From NCBI GenBank assembly GCA_973895155.1, contig OZ316899.1:1511573-1575572 (forward strand): a stretch of 64,000 bases of DNA, given 5' to 3'. The notes beneath the pieces are model-generated. The model did no database searches. It saw nothing but the letters and a program-made list of their open reading frames with translations, and was not told the origin of the DNA. A program made the position numbers and the translations under genes. Numbering within the stretch: the stretch's first letter is position 1; every line of letters starts with the position of its first letter. This stretch comes from Marsupella aquatica (taxonomy: Eukaryota > Plantae > Marchantiophyta). Below are positions 1 to 10,582 of this stretch, piece by piece.

Positions 1-59
1 TGCCCGAGAATACAGTTGCAGAATCGCTGGCCCAAGATAATTCTGTCGATCTTTCACAA

Positions 60-2696
60 TTGGATAATCCAGAACCACTGAGTGAAGCCGGTGGTTCGTC
101 TTCTAGTGAGACAAGCAGCAGTTCAGGCTTGGGCAGCCCAAACCCATTTGCTACCCGATCAGCTCTTCCTTTCGTTACCCTCCTAGCTCCAACCACGATG
201 GCTCGAAATAATGTGAGGTACGACCGGTTCTTCGGTACTTCCAAGGAGGATGCAGAGGTGTATTTGAAAGAATTTGAAGCTGCAGCTGCATCCAATGGAC
301 AGAGTCAAGACGCTGAAAAAGCCAATCTGTTTGGTGGTCTAATGAAAAAGGGTGCTCAGAAATGGTATGACCGTTTTCCGGACAAGCAGGATTGGGGGAA
401 ATTGAAGGCTGCTTTCTTGGCCAAATATAAAGAAGAAGGAGCAGCTGCGCGTGCCTTTGCCCGAATCTCACATCTGCACATGAAGAAACATGGGTCTGTG
501 AGGAAATATGCCGACAAATTATTGGATTTGGTAGATCAATATAATCCAGCTACCTCGAAATCTACTATCAAGGACTGGTTTATTAACGGTTTACCCTCCA
601 GGATTGCTCGTTACGTGAGACGAGAAGGTGGCACCACTTTGGAAGAAGTACAAGAGGCAGCCCAGAAGTACGTAGACTCGGAGATTTCAGAGAGAAAACG
701 AGTTAAGAAGGACCTGAAGAAAGACAAAAGAAAGAAGAAGAAAACGTCCAGGTCTAAATCTGACTCGGAGACGGAATCAAGTGAAAGTAGCACTAGTGAG
801 GAGGACGAGAGTACAAATTCGAGCACTAGTGATAGTTCAAGCTCAAGTTCCGACTCAGAATCCGTTGCTCCTAAAAAGAAGAAATCCTCTGTAAAAGGGA
901 ATAATAAAGTTCCCAACCAGAAGAAGATGGATCGCATGATGGAAGAACTCTCTGGCCAATTGTCCAAGTTGAATGTCAATATCGCCGCGGTAAAACCAGT
1001 ACGAAGGTTGCCTGCTCCCATGAGAATGAACGTATGGTGCACCCGATGCAGTCAGCAGGGCCATTACCCGAACGAGTGCCCCACATTACGAACCCCGGTG
1101 AATTATGTAGATGGTCAAGAAGAGGCTGAGGAGTATGAGTACGATCCCACGTATACCGTCCAAACAGCACCCCCTGGACAGTATTTCCCACCACCTCCTG
1201 CTTCCAGACCGACTTGGGGACCACCTAAGCCCACTTTCAATAAACCAACGTCAAGACCACCCATGGGACCCCCGGGAGGATACCCACCACGAGGAATGCC
1301 GCGTCAAAAAGGGGCTTGTTGGAATTGTGGCCAACCTGATCATTATTCACCCCAGTGCCCTTATCCCAAACAGGAGGTGGGGTATACACCTGTCTGTGGG
1401 AACTGTGGAAAAGAAGGACACTTACCGGTGGAATGCCCGAATCCGGCTAAGCCTAGGCTGATGGTTCGATTTGCTCAAGAGCCAGTTAAAGAAGCAAGTC
1501 GACCTGAAGCCAAGATTCGGATGGTTTATTCTGAAGAGATGGAGCAATGCAGCTTCATTCAACATATGGATGTAAATCGGGTGGAATTAAAGCCAGATTC
1601 ACTTTTTCATCAACCAGTATCCGGGGTGGTGCCTGATGTCTTGGTAAGTCATTTAGTGAAACCTGAAGTAGTTGGTATGCCGAATGATCGAGTTCAGAAT
1701 CGGGATAAAGTTCTGACTAATATTTACGCAACTACTCGTTCGAAGAAAAAGGAGACCAAGAAGCACGAGCATCAGAAGGTCGCGAAAGCTCCCAAGGATG
1801 AAGGGCGCAAGCCATGTAAGGAAGGCCTCGACAAAGAAGACGACCCTGCTTATGACCGATATGACCCAAAATACTTCTTGCCCGACATCTCTTTGGAAGT
1901 GAAAGACCATCTGGAAGAGCTAGTTAAGGAGCAAGTGCAATCTCCTAACCCACCAGTAGTAGTCAAAGCTAAAGAGCCACTGAAAAATCCAGGTTATGAT
2001 ATTGTTGAAGATGTCAAGAATCATCCTGCACATATCACCATTGGGGAATTATTACAGGACAATCCGGTTTATAGGCGACAGCTGAGGAGCCTCCTTGCAG
2101 GAAAACGGAGGAAGAAGAAGTTACCTTCTGTGGATGTGCTATGAACAGAGTGGGAGGACAAAGGACCGATGGAAATTGAGGTTCAAATCCAGGGGTGTGT
2201 CATTCGGAGAGTTCCTGTGGATGGAGGAGCCAGCGTTAATCTGATTACACAGTCAGCAGCATTTAATTTGGGTTTCACTAAGTTTGAGCCCACTCCCAAG
2301 ATTTTGCGCATGGCGGATCAGTCTCGTGTGGTACCCATAGGGAAACTGACCAAAGTAGAAACTTTGATTGCTGGTGTCCCTTTTCTGTTGGATTATGTGG
2401 TTATTAATCCGGAAATACCATCCAGCTTTCCTGTTTTGTTAGGCCGACCATGGTTGTATAAGGCTCAAGTTCAGGTTAATTGGCAATCTCAAGAGCTTTC
2501 ATTTGGGAAGCCTAAGGTGACTGTTAGTTGGGTTCCGGAACCACATTTTGGAGAAACACAAACAGATGATGGGTACACCTCGGATTTTTCGACCTCTTCG
2601 CTAGTCCTGCAGCCATTGGAATTTGAACTGGAGGAAGTTCGTTACTTGGAAGTTTATCTGTCTGATGCTCCCATAAAACCAACTAGGCCCTCCTGA
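60..2696 (+). pseudogene. gag: A1 gag-protease (starts before window; premature TGA at 2142-2144)
   Basis: Retrotransposon gag domain, three CCHC knuckles (CTRCSQQGHYPNEC, CWNCGQPDHYSPQC, CGNCGKEGHLPVEC) and protease VPVDGGASVN...LLGRPWL. A2 has CGA at the position of the stop. Confidence 0.9.
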
Positions 2697-5669
2697 CAAT
2701 TAACTTCATCATCGGAAGTGGGCCCAGCAGCAGACGAACCTCCTAATACTGAGGCTAATAGGGATTTACACCATGATATGGGAGTGTCAGCTACCCTTGA
2801 GCCATTTGCACCAGAAGTATCCAAACTTGGACTTCAGCCGGCAAACCTCACGGATGGAATTGTGGATCCAAAAGCTTGTCAGAAAATCGAAATTGAGCCA
2901 GGCAAGTTTTTGAATATTGGTAAGCATATCGAAGGAGAGCTACGGGAACAGTATATCAGTTTATTAACCCAGTATAAAGATGTCTTTGCCTGGAGTCATT
3001 CTGATTTAAAAGGTATCCATCCACATTTGGGCGAACATCGTATTGACCTTATGGAAGGAGCAGTACCTGTCCGACAGAGACAGTACCGTTTGAATCCCAA
3101 ATATTCCATCCTGGTTAAAGACGAGTTGGACAAGCTCACGACTGCTGGATTTATCTACCCGGTCTTGAGTAGTGAATGGGTCTCACCAATTGTCATTGTC
3201 CCCAAAAAGCCGGGACCCGATGGTAAAACGAAAATTTGCGTTTGTCAAGACTTCCGGAAGTTGAATGCTGCCACTCGGAAAGATCATTATCCTTTGCCAT
3301 TTATTGATCTGGTACTTGATTCAGTGGCCTTGCATGAGTTATACAGTTTTTTAGATGGGTACTCTGGTTATAACCAGGTGTCCATTCGGAAGGAGGATCG
3401 CGACAAGACTACGTTCACCACCGACTGGGGTACATATGCATTTACCATGATGCCTTTTGGGCTGTGTAATGCCCCGGGTACTTTTCAGCGCATTATGATG
3501 ATTATTTTTCAAGAATATTTGCGGCATTTCATGGAGATTTTTATTGACGACTTTTGTGTTTACGGGTCAGCGGCTGAACACCTCGTCCATTTGGAGAAGA
3601 CATTTCAGAAGTGTAGAGAGGCTCAGTTGTGTCTTCATCCAGAAAAGTGCTTTATTGGTATGAAGGAGGGAATTTTGTTAGGCCATGTTATTTCACAACG
3701 CGGCATTGAGGTTGATACAGAGAAGGTTAGAGTAATTATGGAGTTGCAACCACCGACCGATTTAAAGCAGCTTCGTGCTTTTCTGGGACATGTGGGGTAT
3801 TATCGTCGGTTCATTTATAAACATGCTAATATTGCCTTACCCTTAACCCAACTGTTAAAAAGTGATGTGGAATATACATGGAATGAGGAGCGGCAGCAAG
3901 CATTCCAGTTGCTCAAGGATCGGTTAATCTCTGCACCTATTTTGTCACCCCCAGATTGGACTAAGAAGTTTCATGTCTTCATTGACTCTTCTGCGTTCTG
4001 CATTGGAGCTAATCTCAGTCAGAAGGATGTGGAAAACCGTGACCATCCAATTTACTATGCCAGCCGCCAAATGAGTGCAGCCGAGAAAAACTACTCCGTC
4101 ACTGAACGGGAAGCTTTGGCCATCGTCTTTGCGTGTAAGAAATTTCGTCACTATTTGTTGGGGTATCAGGTTACTTTTCACACTGATCATAATTCCTTAA
4201 AATATTTGGTTAACCAAGTGGATCTCTCAGGACGAGTAGCCCGCTGGGTTTTACTACTCCAAGAATTTGATTATGAAGTTCATGTCCGACCTGGCAAACA
4301 TCATGAGAATGCAGACTTCCTATCTCGGTTACCTGGTCCGGAGAATTAGCATAATCTCTCCGATGAATTTCCTGACGAGCATTTGTGGCACATTGAAGGG
4401 GAGTCTTCTCGATATTTTAATATTGTGCACATGCTGCTTCATGGAACGTTCCCTGAAGGCTTTAATGCGGAAGAACGAGCTGTCTTTGCTCATAAGGTGG
4501 GTCCCTATACCATTATTCGGGGCACTTTGTTTAAACAAGGTCCTGATCAACAATTGCGACGTTGTCTAGAGGATAGGGAACTTCCCCAAGTAATTGAAGC
4601 TTTACATTCAGGAGAAACCGGTGGGCATTATGCTGTGAATACCACAGTTAAGAAAATTTTGGATGCTGGATACTGGTGGCCTACTATGCATCGAGATACT
4701 TACAATTTTATTAAGACCTGTGATCCCTGTCAAAGGATCGGGAAGCCCACTGCTAGTTCCAAATGGCCTCTTACGCCTATCCTTCCGTTGGCACCATTTG
4801 AGAAATGGGGGATTGATTTTATTGGCCCAATTTCTCCAGCAGCTCGGAAAAGCCGAAGCAAATATATTATTCTGGCCACTGATTATGCCACCAAATGGGT
4901 AGAGGCGAAAGCTACTCGCAAGAATGATGCTATAACCGCAGCTGCATTTCTCTTTGAGCACATTATCACCCGGTTTGGTTGTCCTTTGGAGTTGGTAAGC
5001 GATAGGGGTTTGCATTTTCTTAACTCAACTATTGAGTTAATCACTGACCTTTATCTTATCAAGCATCGCAAAACTACTCCTTACAACCCCCGAGCTAATG
5101 GCTTAACCGAGAGAGCTAATGGCATTATGGGCAAGATTCTGAATAAAATGGTAGAATCTCACAAGACAGATTGGGATGTGAAGCTCCATTCTGCATTATG
5201 GGCTTACCGCACCGCTGAGAAGATTACAACTCTTCACACCCCCTTCTATCTGACCTATGGCCTGAATAGTATTATTCCAATAGAATTTTCGTTACCAACG
5301 GAACGTATCTTGGTACCACACCGACTCTCTCCTTCAGATAGTCTCTCACATCGGTTTTCCAATATTGTTAAATTAGAAGAAGTTAGACTTTTAGCATTAG
5401 ACCATACAGTCACCATTCAGAACCAGCGTAAACTTGCTTATGATAAGAAGCTGCGCGTAGTGCAGTTAGATGTTGGTGATTTAGCATTAGTCTTTGATTC
5501 TCGTTATATGCTATTTCCTGGGAAACTTCATACTCATTGGATTGGTCCTTACCGAGTTACACACATCTGGGATAATGGTTCAGTTTCATTGACTACCTTA
5601 GATGGTCACCCACTTAACACTAGAATCAATGGGTTTAGGATTAAACGGTACTATGAGTCTTCCATTTAG
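2697..5669 (+). pseudogene. pol: A1 RT-RNase H-integrase (premature TAG at 4347-4349)
   Basis: RT QDFRKLNAATRKDHYPLPFID and FIDD; RNase H IDSSAFCIGANL; integrase HHCC, WGIDFIGP, SDRGLHF and GPY/F. A2 has CAG at the stop. Confidence 0.95.
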
Positions 5670-5691
5670 AATTCCACCTGGGACAGGTTGC

Positions 5692-5707
5692 AATTTAAGT
5701 GGAGGGC
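5692..5707 (+). promoter_or_regulatory. Internal polypurine-tract-like motif after integrase (A1)
   Basis: AATTTAAGTGGAGGGC, identical to the PPT at 9175-9190; near-identical copy in A2 at about 30245. Confidence 0.7.
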
Positions 5708-6052
5708 GGTAGTTATACTTAGTTAGAATTAGTGACCCTCCCTAGTAAGTATTCGGCATATTTTTTTAATTTTTTTTAGTTACTTTCAGTTTTTACATTG
5801 GACGCTGTGAAAAGCGTCCATTGTAACTCGACGCTGGGGAAGCGTCCACTTAGTTTACAAAGGACGTTGTGCAGAGGTCCGCTTTTGTATTAGTTCAGTT
5901 GCATGAGACGCTGTGAGCCGATGACTAGGCATCTTGTACAATGGCGGATTGCGACAGCTCAACGGGACGCTGAGGAGTAAGCAGTCGCGCTTCGCCCTAG
6001 TTCACTATGGAACACGATTCTCACTGAGCTTACGGAGCTAACAAGTCACGCG

Positions 6053-8626
6053 ATGGCGGAGACTGAGCTGACGACGCGACCAATACTCGCAGACATTCCA
6101 TCGAATGCAGTGCATAGGCGGCAGTTGAAGACGGCTCTGGCAAAAATGGGCTTGAAGAAGCTGCTTCAACTTCCTTGGAAGATTTGCGAATTCAGCCTTA
6201 TCGATCAAGGTGTCTGGGACGCTGAAGAAAGGATTGGTGTGCGCTCGCGTCCCAGTGTTTGGACTGAAGCGCTCATAGCGAAGGTCTATTCGACGCCGAT
6301 GGAGGGCGAGGATTTACAGAGGGTTGATTGTGAGCCTCGGGTTTATGTAGAATCCTTCTTCGCTCCAGGATCTTTCAAGAGGCGGAATGGATGGCTAGCG
6401 GCGGACTGCTTAGATAATTCTCTGCAGCGTCTATTTCGATTTCTGGCACCAATTTTCTACCCAGAAAGCCAGACGCGCATCACTCTTTCGTTCGCTGCAA
6501 CGGTGATCTGTTCATTAGAACAGACGCAGTCTATCAATTGGACGAAGGTTTTGCACCGAGTAATTCATACTCAGGTCAAAAATTTTCGTAGCAGGCTGAA
6601 AACGGGGAAAATAAGGTGTACCTACTTGGCCCCTTATTTAGCTCACATTTACCATAAGTATGACTGTCTGCTTGTCTTGGAAAAAGATTTTTATCGCAAC
6701 AATCAGAGAGCATCTACCGGTGAAGCAAATTATATGCCTGAAGTACGAGAAGTCCGAGCCAATTCCACAGTGGTAGAGCTATGTGCAATACTCGACTGTG
6801 AGGAACCTGAACTGGTGGGTGAAGTTCGGAAATTGAAAGAGACAAGAGCATCAGCTGAAGGGAGTGACGATCCGATTCTTCACCAACCAAGAGAGGCTCA
6901 AGTTGCCGAAGATGTTCCTTCAGCAATGCCAACAGGGTTGGAGCATTCTATGTCACCTCGACTCTCGTGTTCACCTTGTGCTGCCGAGCCTATTTATGAT
7001 GTTGATCAGGATAATTCTGCTTCTCGGATGAATGTTGAAGATGAGGTGAGGGTGGATGAAGAAGGTTTTTCAGGGGAACCTCTTCAACATTCTACTGCTG
7101 AGGACGAGTATGATGGATTTACTTCTACCCCTGTTTTGGTTCCCATAGAGGCAAATAGTGATGCTTTGCAGGCTTTACAGGAGTATGATTCGTCCGACTC
7201 TCTTAGTTCTAGCCCAAATATAGGTGAAATCCCTCTGGTCCAGGAGTCAGAAATATTAAGCTCAGAAATTGTGAAGCTGGTTAAAGTTGATTCGGAGGAT
7301 GCAATTGTGGATATAGACGAAGTAGGTGAACCAGTGACTTCTCCCCAATCTGTCGCAAGATACCCTGCCTGGTCTACACCTGGTTCACTCATATCGATTC
7401 CTTTGGATATAACTAAGGAATTAGATGAGGCAATAGCCGCGATAGGAGCTCCTTCATTTCCGCCTGTAAAATGGGTTTCTCCTGAAGATGAGTTGATTGA
7501 AGGAGGCTCTGCTGGTTTTCCGAGTCGCAATCAGGTATCTGGTAATATGGGTATATCTGTACCCATATTGGTACCCGAGACACCCGCTTCGACAACCAGC
7601 TCAGCACCAGTTTCATTGGCTACAAACGAGGATAAAAACATTCGGGAGGAGTTTTCAGTGACGTATACTCGAAAATCTTGGAAACGGTTGCGCCATGCTA
7701 TCAGTCGACAGATCTTTCCTGAAGCATCTTCCCAGGATTTTGAACAGGGAGAAGCACCTATCGGAACAGACGAGCTACCCCTTCCTGTACTTTTGACAGA
7801 TCGAACTAACCAGGAAGTCTCTTTACCTAGCGATAATTTTAAAGAAGAACTTCCTGTTTTAGTACCAATGCATCCCATTGCAGATCAACCAGCTACTGTT
7901 GCAAGAGAAGAATTTGAACCACTGGAGCCCGAACCTTCTGCTCCTTCGTCTCCTGTTACATTGCCAATTCGACCAGTTAAGGAGTCAGTGATTCCTTCCG
8001 CTATGCCAGATGTAATTTTCCGTTGGATAGGAGCACCAAGTGATGGAGAAGAAGACGAAGACCCTCGCATTATCAGAGTACCTCCTCGACTTCGGCATAC
8101 AGTGGATTTGCCACCCCGAAATCCTATCCCTAATTTGGCTTCAATTCACAGGTGGGAGAAGAAACATTTTCGAGTAGCTTTTCGACATCTGGAGATGGAG
8201 AGCATTTTGCAGCAGCAGCAGATTTTGCCAATGACATCCCATCCGAGGATTCGTAGTTTGATTCGCACATATGAACCTGGGAAGGCGGTTCCTCCCATTG
8301 ATAAGGACAGACGACATAAGTTTTCGGAGTTCGAAATTTGGTGTTGGGTGTATATGCTTCGACGAGCTCAAGCTCCATTTCCGCCCCTTGTGCCGGAAAT
8401 TCCATGGCCCTATCCATACTATGTTTGGGTTTGTCCTGGTGGGTTTGCTATTCCAATTAAATATGAGAAGAAGCTTGTTAAGCTAAGGGAGCAGTTGATT
8501 ACAAAACAATGTATGCTACCGGCTTCCCAAGGGTTCAAGTCGCTTAGGTGTTTAGCGTTCCTACCTATTATTCCTTCTTATCCGGATGTGATTATTCAAG
8601 GTGTTTTATCTAGGACACAGATTTGA
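6053..8626 (+). CDS. A1 extra 3' ORF (ORF3, env position), 857 aa, unknown function
   Basis: Open 857 aa ORF between INT and the 3' LTR, conserved in A2. Structured N-terminal part, acidic Ser/Pro-rich middle and aromatic-rich C-terminal part. Confidence 0.85.
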   Translation: MAETELTTRPILADIPSNAVHRRQLKTALAKMGLKKLLQLPWKICEFSLIDQGVWDAEERIGVRSRPSVWTEALIAKVYSTPMEGEDLQRVDCEPRVYVESFFAPGSFKRRNGWLAADCLDNSLQRLFRFLAPIFYPESQTRITLSFAATVICSLEQTQSINWTKVLHRVIHTQVKNFRSRLKTGKIRCTYLAPYLAHIYHKYDCLLVLEKDFYRNNQRASTGEANYMPEVREVRANSTVVELCAILDCEEPELVGEVRKLKETRASAEGSDDPILHQPREAQVAEDVPSAMPTGLEHSMSPRLSCSPCAAEPIYDVDQDNSASRMNVEDEVRVDEEGFSGEPLQHSTAEDEYDGFTSTPVLVPIEANSDALQALQEYDSSDSLSSSPNIGEIPLVQESEILSSEIVKLVKVDSEDAIVDIDEVGEPVTSPQSVARYPAWSTPGSLISIPLDITKELDEAIAAIGAPSFPPVKWVSPEDELIEGGSAGFPSRNQVSGNMGISVPILVPETPASTTSSAPVSLATNEDKNIREEFSVTYTRKSWKRLRHAISRQIFPEASSQDFEQGEAPIGTDELPLPVLLTDRTNQEVSLPSDNFKEELPVLVPMHPIADQPATVAREEFEPLEPEPSAPSSPVTLPIRPVKESVIPSAMPDVIFRWIGAPSDGEEDEDPRIIRVPPRLRHTVDLPPRNPIPNLASIHRWEKKHFRVAFRHLEMESILQQQQILPMTSHPRIRSLIRTYEPGKAVPPIDKDRRHKFSEFEIWCWVYMLRRAQAPFPPLVPEIPWPYPYYVWVCPGGFAIPIKYEKKLVKLREQLITKQCMLPASQGFKSLRCLAFLPIIPSYPDVIIQGVLSRTQI

Positions 8627-8638
8627 AGGACACCATTT

Positions 8639-9115
8639 ATGAGAGATATCAAACGGTGTTGTCATTTATATGTATATAAGCCGTTACTTTTGCAGCATCC
8701 TGCAATTGTTTCCTTCTTTCTCCTTCGAATTGATATTTATCTGCTCATGTGGGACATCAAAGCTACTATGGATTGTTGGAATTCTTTACCCCGTGCTTTC
8801 CAACATTCCTTTGAAGGCAAGATCAAACTGGGAGGACATGCTATTCAACACTTTGTTATTGATCCAGGCTCTCGAATTAATTTCCTCTCCCACAGACTGT
8901 GCCAGCAATTTGTTCATCAAGAAGTACAACCGATATCTGCTCAGATATCAATCGATGGACGAATCATTAATCTTTGGGGAAGAGTTAAAGGAGTCCCAAT
9001 ACAGATCGGAGAAGAATTCCATGACCTCGATTTTTATATTCTGGATTCGGATATCTCCCAACTCCCGTCAATGATTTTGAGCACTACTTGGATTATTAAG
9101 CCAGAATATTATTAA
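8639..9115 (+). CDS. A1 ORF4, second retropepsin-like (aspartic protease fold) ORF, 158 aa
   Basis: IKLGGHAIQHFVIDPGSRINFL...VPIQIGEEFHDLDFYIL...ILSTTWI parallels the retropepsin pattern hhDxGS...ILGxxWL. In frame with ORF3. Confidence 0.65.
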   Translation: MRDIKRCCHLYVYKPLLLQHPAIVSFFLLRIDIYLLMWDIKATMDCWNSLPRAFQHSFEGKIKLGGHAIQHFVIDPGSRINFLSHRLCQQFVHQEVQPISAQISIDGRIINLWGRVKGVPIQIGEEFHDLDFYILDSDISQLPSMILSTTWIIKPEYY

Positions 9116-9174
9116 TGAAGAACATGTCACTCGCTTCTTATTCAATTCGGTCATGTCTTGTGGGGACACGGCGA

Positions 9175-9190
9175 AATTTAAGTGGAGGGC
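9175..9190 (+). promoter_or_regulatory. Polypurine tract of A1
   Basis: AATTTAAGTGGAGGGC ends 2 nt before the TG of the LTR. Confidence 0.85.
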
Positions 9191-9192
9191 TA

Positions 9193-10582
9193 TGTGGTAT
9201 GGGTGTCCCTGCAATTTTTTCTGGAAACTTGTTTATTTTTAGCATATCACAAGATTTACTTACACTTTAGACACCTTCCGGCCAACATTTACTTGTTCTG
9301 GACACTTATAGAAATATTTGACATCTCCGGCTTTCCTGACGATTCCTAGTGTACTTTGCCCGACGCTGTGACCAGCGCCCGTTTCTTTTACTCAAGACGC
9401 TGCGGAAGCGTCCAACCTCCTCATGACGCTTTTGGCAGTGCCCGACCGCCACCAAGACTCTATGAGGATTTCGACCGACGCTGTGGAAAGCGTCAGCTTC
9501 AACACACGACGCTGTGAGCAGCGTCCACCCTAGTATTGACGCTGTGAGCAGTGTGAGCAGCGTCCGTTGGTTTTACTTAAGACGCTTCTAGCAGCGTCCA
9601 GATTCTCCCGACGCTTCTAGCAGCGTCCGCTCAACACTTAGTTTTTGAAGTAGATTACTAGTAAAGTAGTATTCTACCACCCTTGTTGAAGTACTTATGC
9701 TGTGCTTCTCCCTTGTTTAGTTTTAAGCTTGGAAAGGCACGACTGTTCTTACCTCCTCCATTTTAGGATTCCAGCACTTATAAGACAGAGTAGAATGCTC
9801 ATTTGAAGTAGAGAGAAATAGAGTTAATACTGTATTCAGAATTGAGTCTTCTGAATAGTTTTCTCCTCCTTCCATTGTAACAAGGCATGCTGTGAGTGTT
9901 TTGTATGGAAGTAAAGCTATATTGATTGAAGTTAAGATTGAATTCAAGAGATTCCTGTGGTGATTGAATTCAGTTGCAGATTTCTGAAACTCGTATTGAA
10001 TTCACTGCTAGGCTTGCTTGCAGAGTCGGGATTCGCTAGCCAATTCAAGAATAGTTAATGATAAATGAGAAGTAAATTCTGATTCTCAGAGTAGTTAGTA
10101 CTGTTGCTTTGATTCTGGAATATGGTTTAGAGTTTGACTGAATTGCGTATCGCTGATGTCAAACCATGTTGACGGCATTTTAAATCATATCATTCATTTG
10201 CAATCAGAAAGCTTCTGCTTCATCAGATTGAGAATTCCATTATCATTAACCTTTGTGTTTTGAAGAGTGAGATGGATGAATTATGAGATAGATTTCATGT
10301 CTATACTGAGCCCAAATCCTTTCTGAAGGAGTGGCAGTAGCAGTTTGTAGTCTCTAAATCCTTACTCATTTCTTCTCTAATTCATAAATCAGAAGTTCAG
10401 TTACTTTGTTGTTTGTTTATTCGATTTTTTTATTGAGAAGTGAAGTCAACATAGAGCTCAAGACTCTAAATCACTCGGAGTGATAAAAGTTATACAATTC
10501 ATTCTGAAATCTGTTCTTAAAGGGATCGAAACCCTGGTTTTAGGTGAGGAGAGTCACTTTTGATACTTAGCACTATACGACA
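9193..10582 (+). repeat. 3' LTR of A1 (1390 bp)
   Basis: TG...CA ends with 7/8 inverted match. Homologous to the LTRs at 21655-22950 and 33755-35049; longer because of extra palindrome units. Confidence 0.93.

Larger units (their letters stand above)
1..10582 (+). mobile_element. Ty3/gypsy LTR retrotransposon family A, copy A1 (Athila-like; 5' part outside window)
   Basis: Order is gag-PR-RT-RH-INT, extra ORFs, PPT, then a 3' LTR TGTGGTAT...ATACGACA. Colinear with complete copy A2. Confidence 0.95.

Noticed and set aside
2142-4349. Stops at 2142 and 4347 as possible recoding sites
   Set aside because: Private to A1; A2 has CGA and CAG, so they are deamination-type mutations.
175-8417. Many antisense and alternate-frame ORFs overlapping A gag-pol and ORF3, and likewise in B and C
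   Set aside because: They are shadows of the real coding frames, mostly over low-complexity Ser/Glu/Lys regions.
9362-9627. Repeat-spacer-like array resembling CRISPR
   Set aside because: It lies in a eukaryotic LTR, units are 17-18 bp with irregular short spacers, and there are no cas genes. Reported as a motif array instead.
9723-9947. 74 aa antisense ORF present in all three A LTRs (also 22090-22314, 34190-34414)
   Set aside because: Conservation is explained by LTR identity; it is short and has no recognisable motif.
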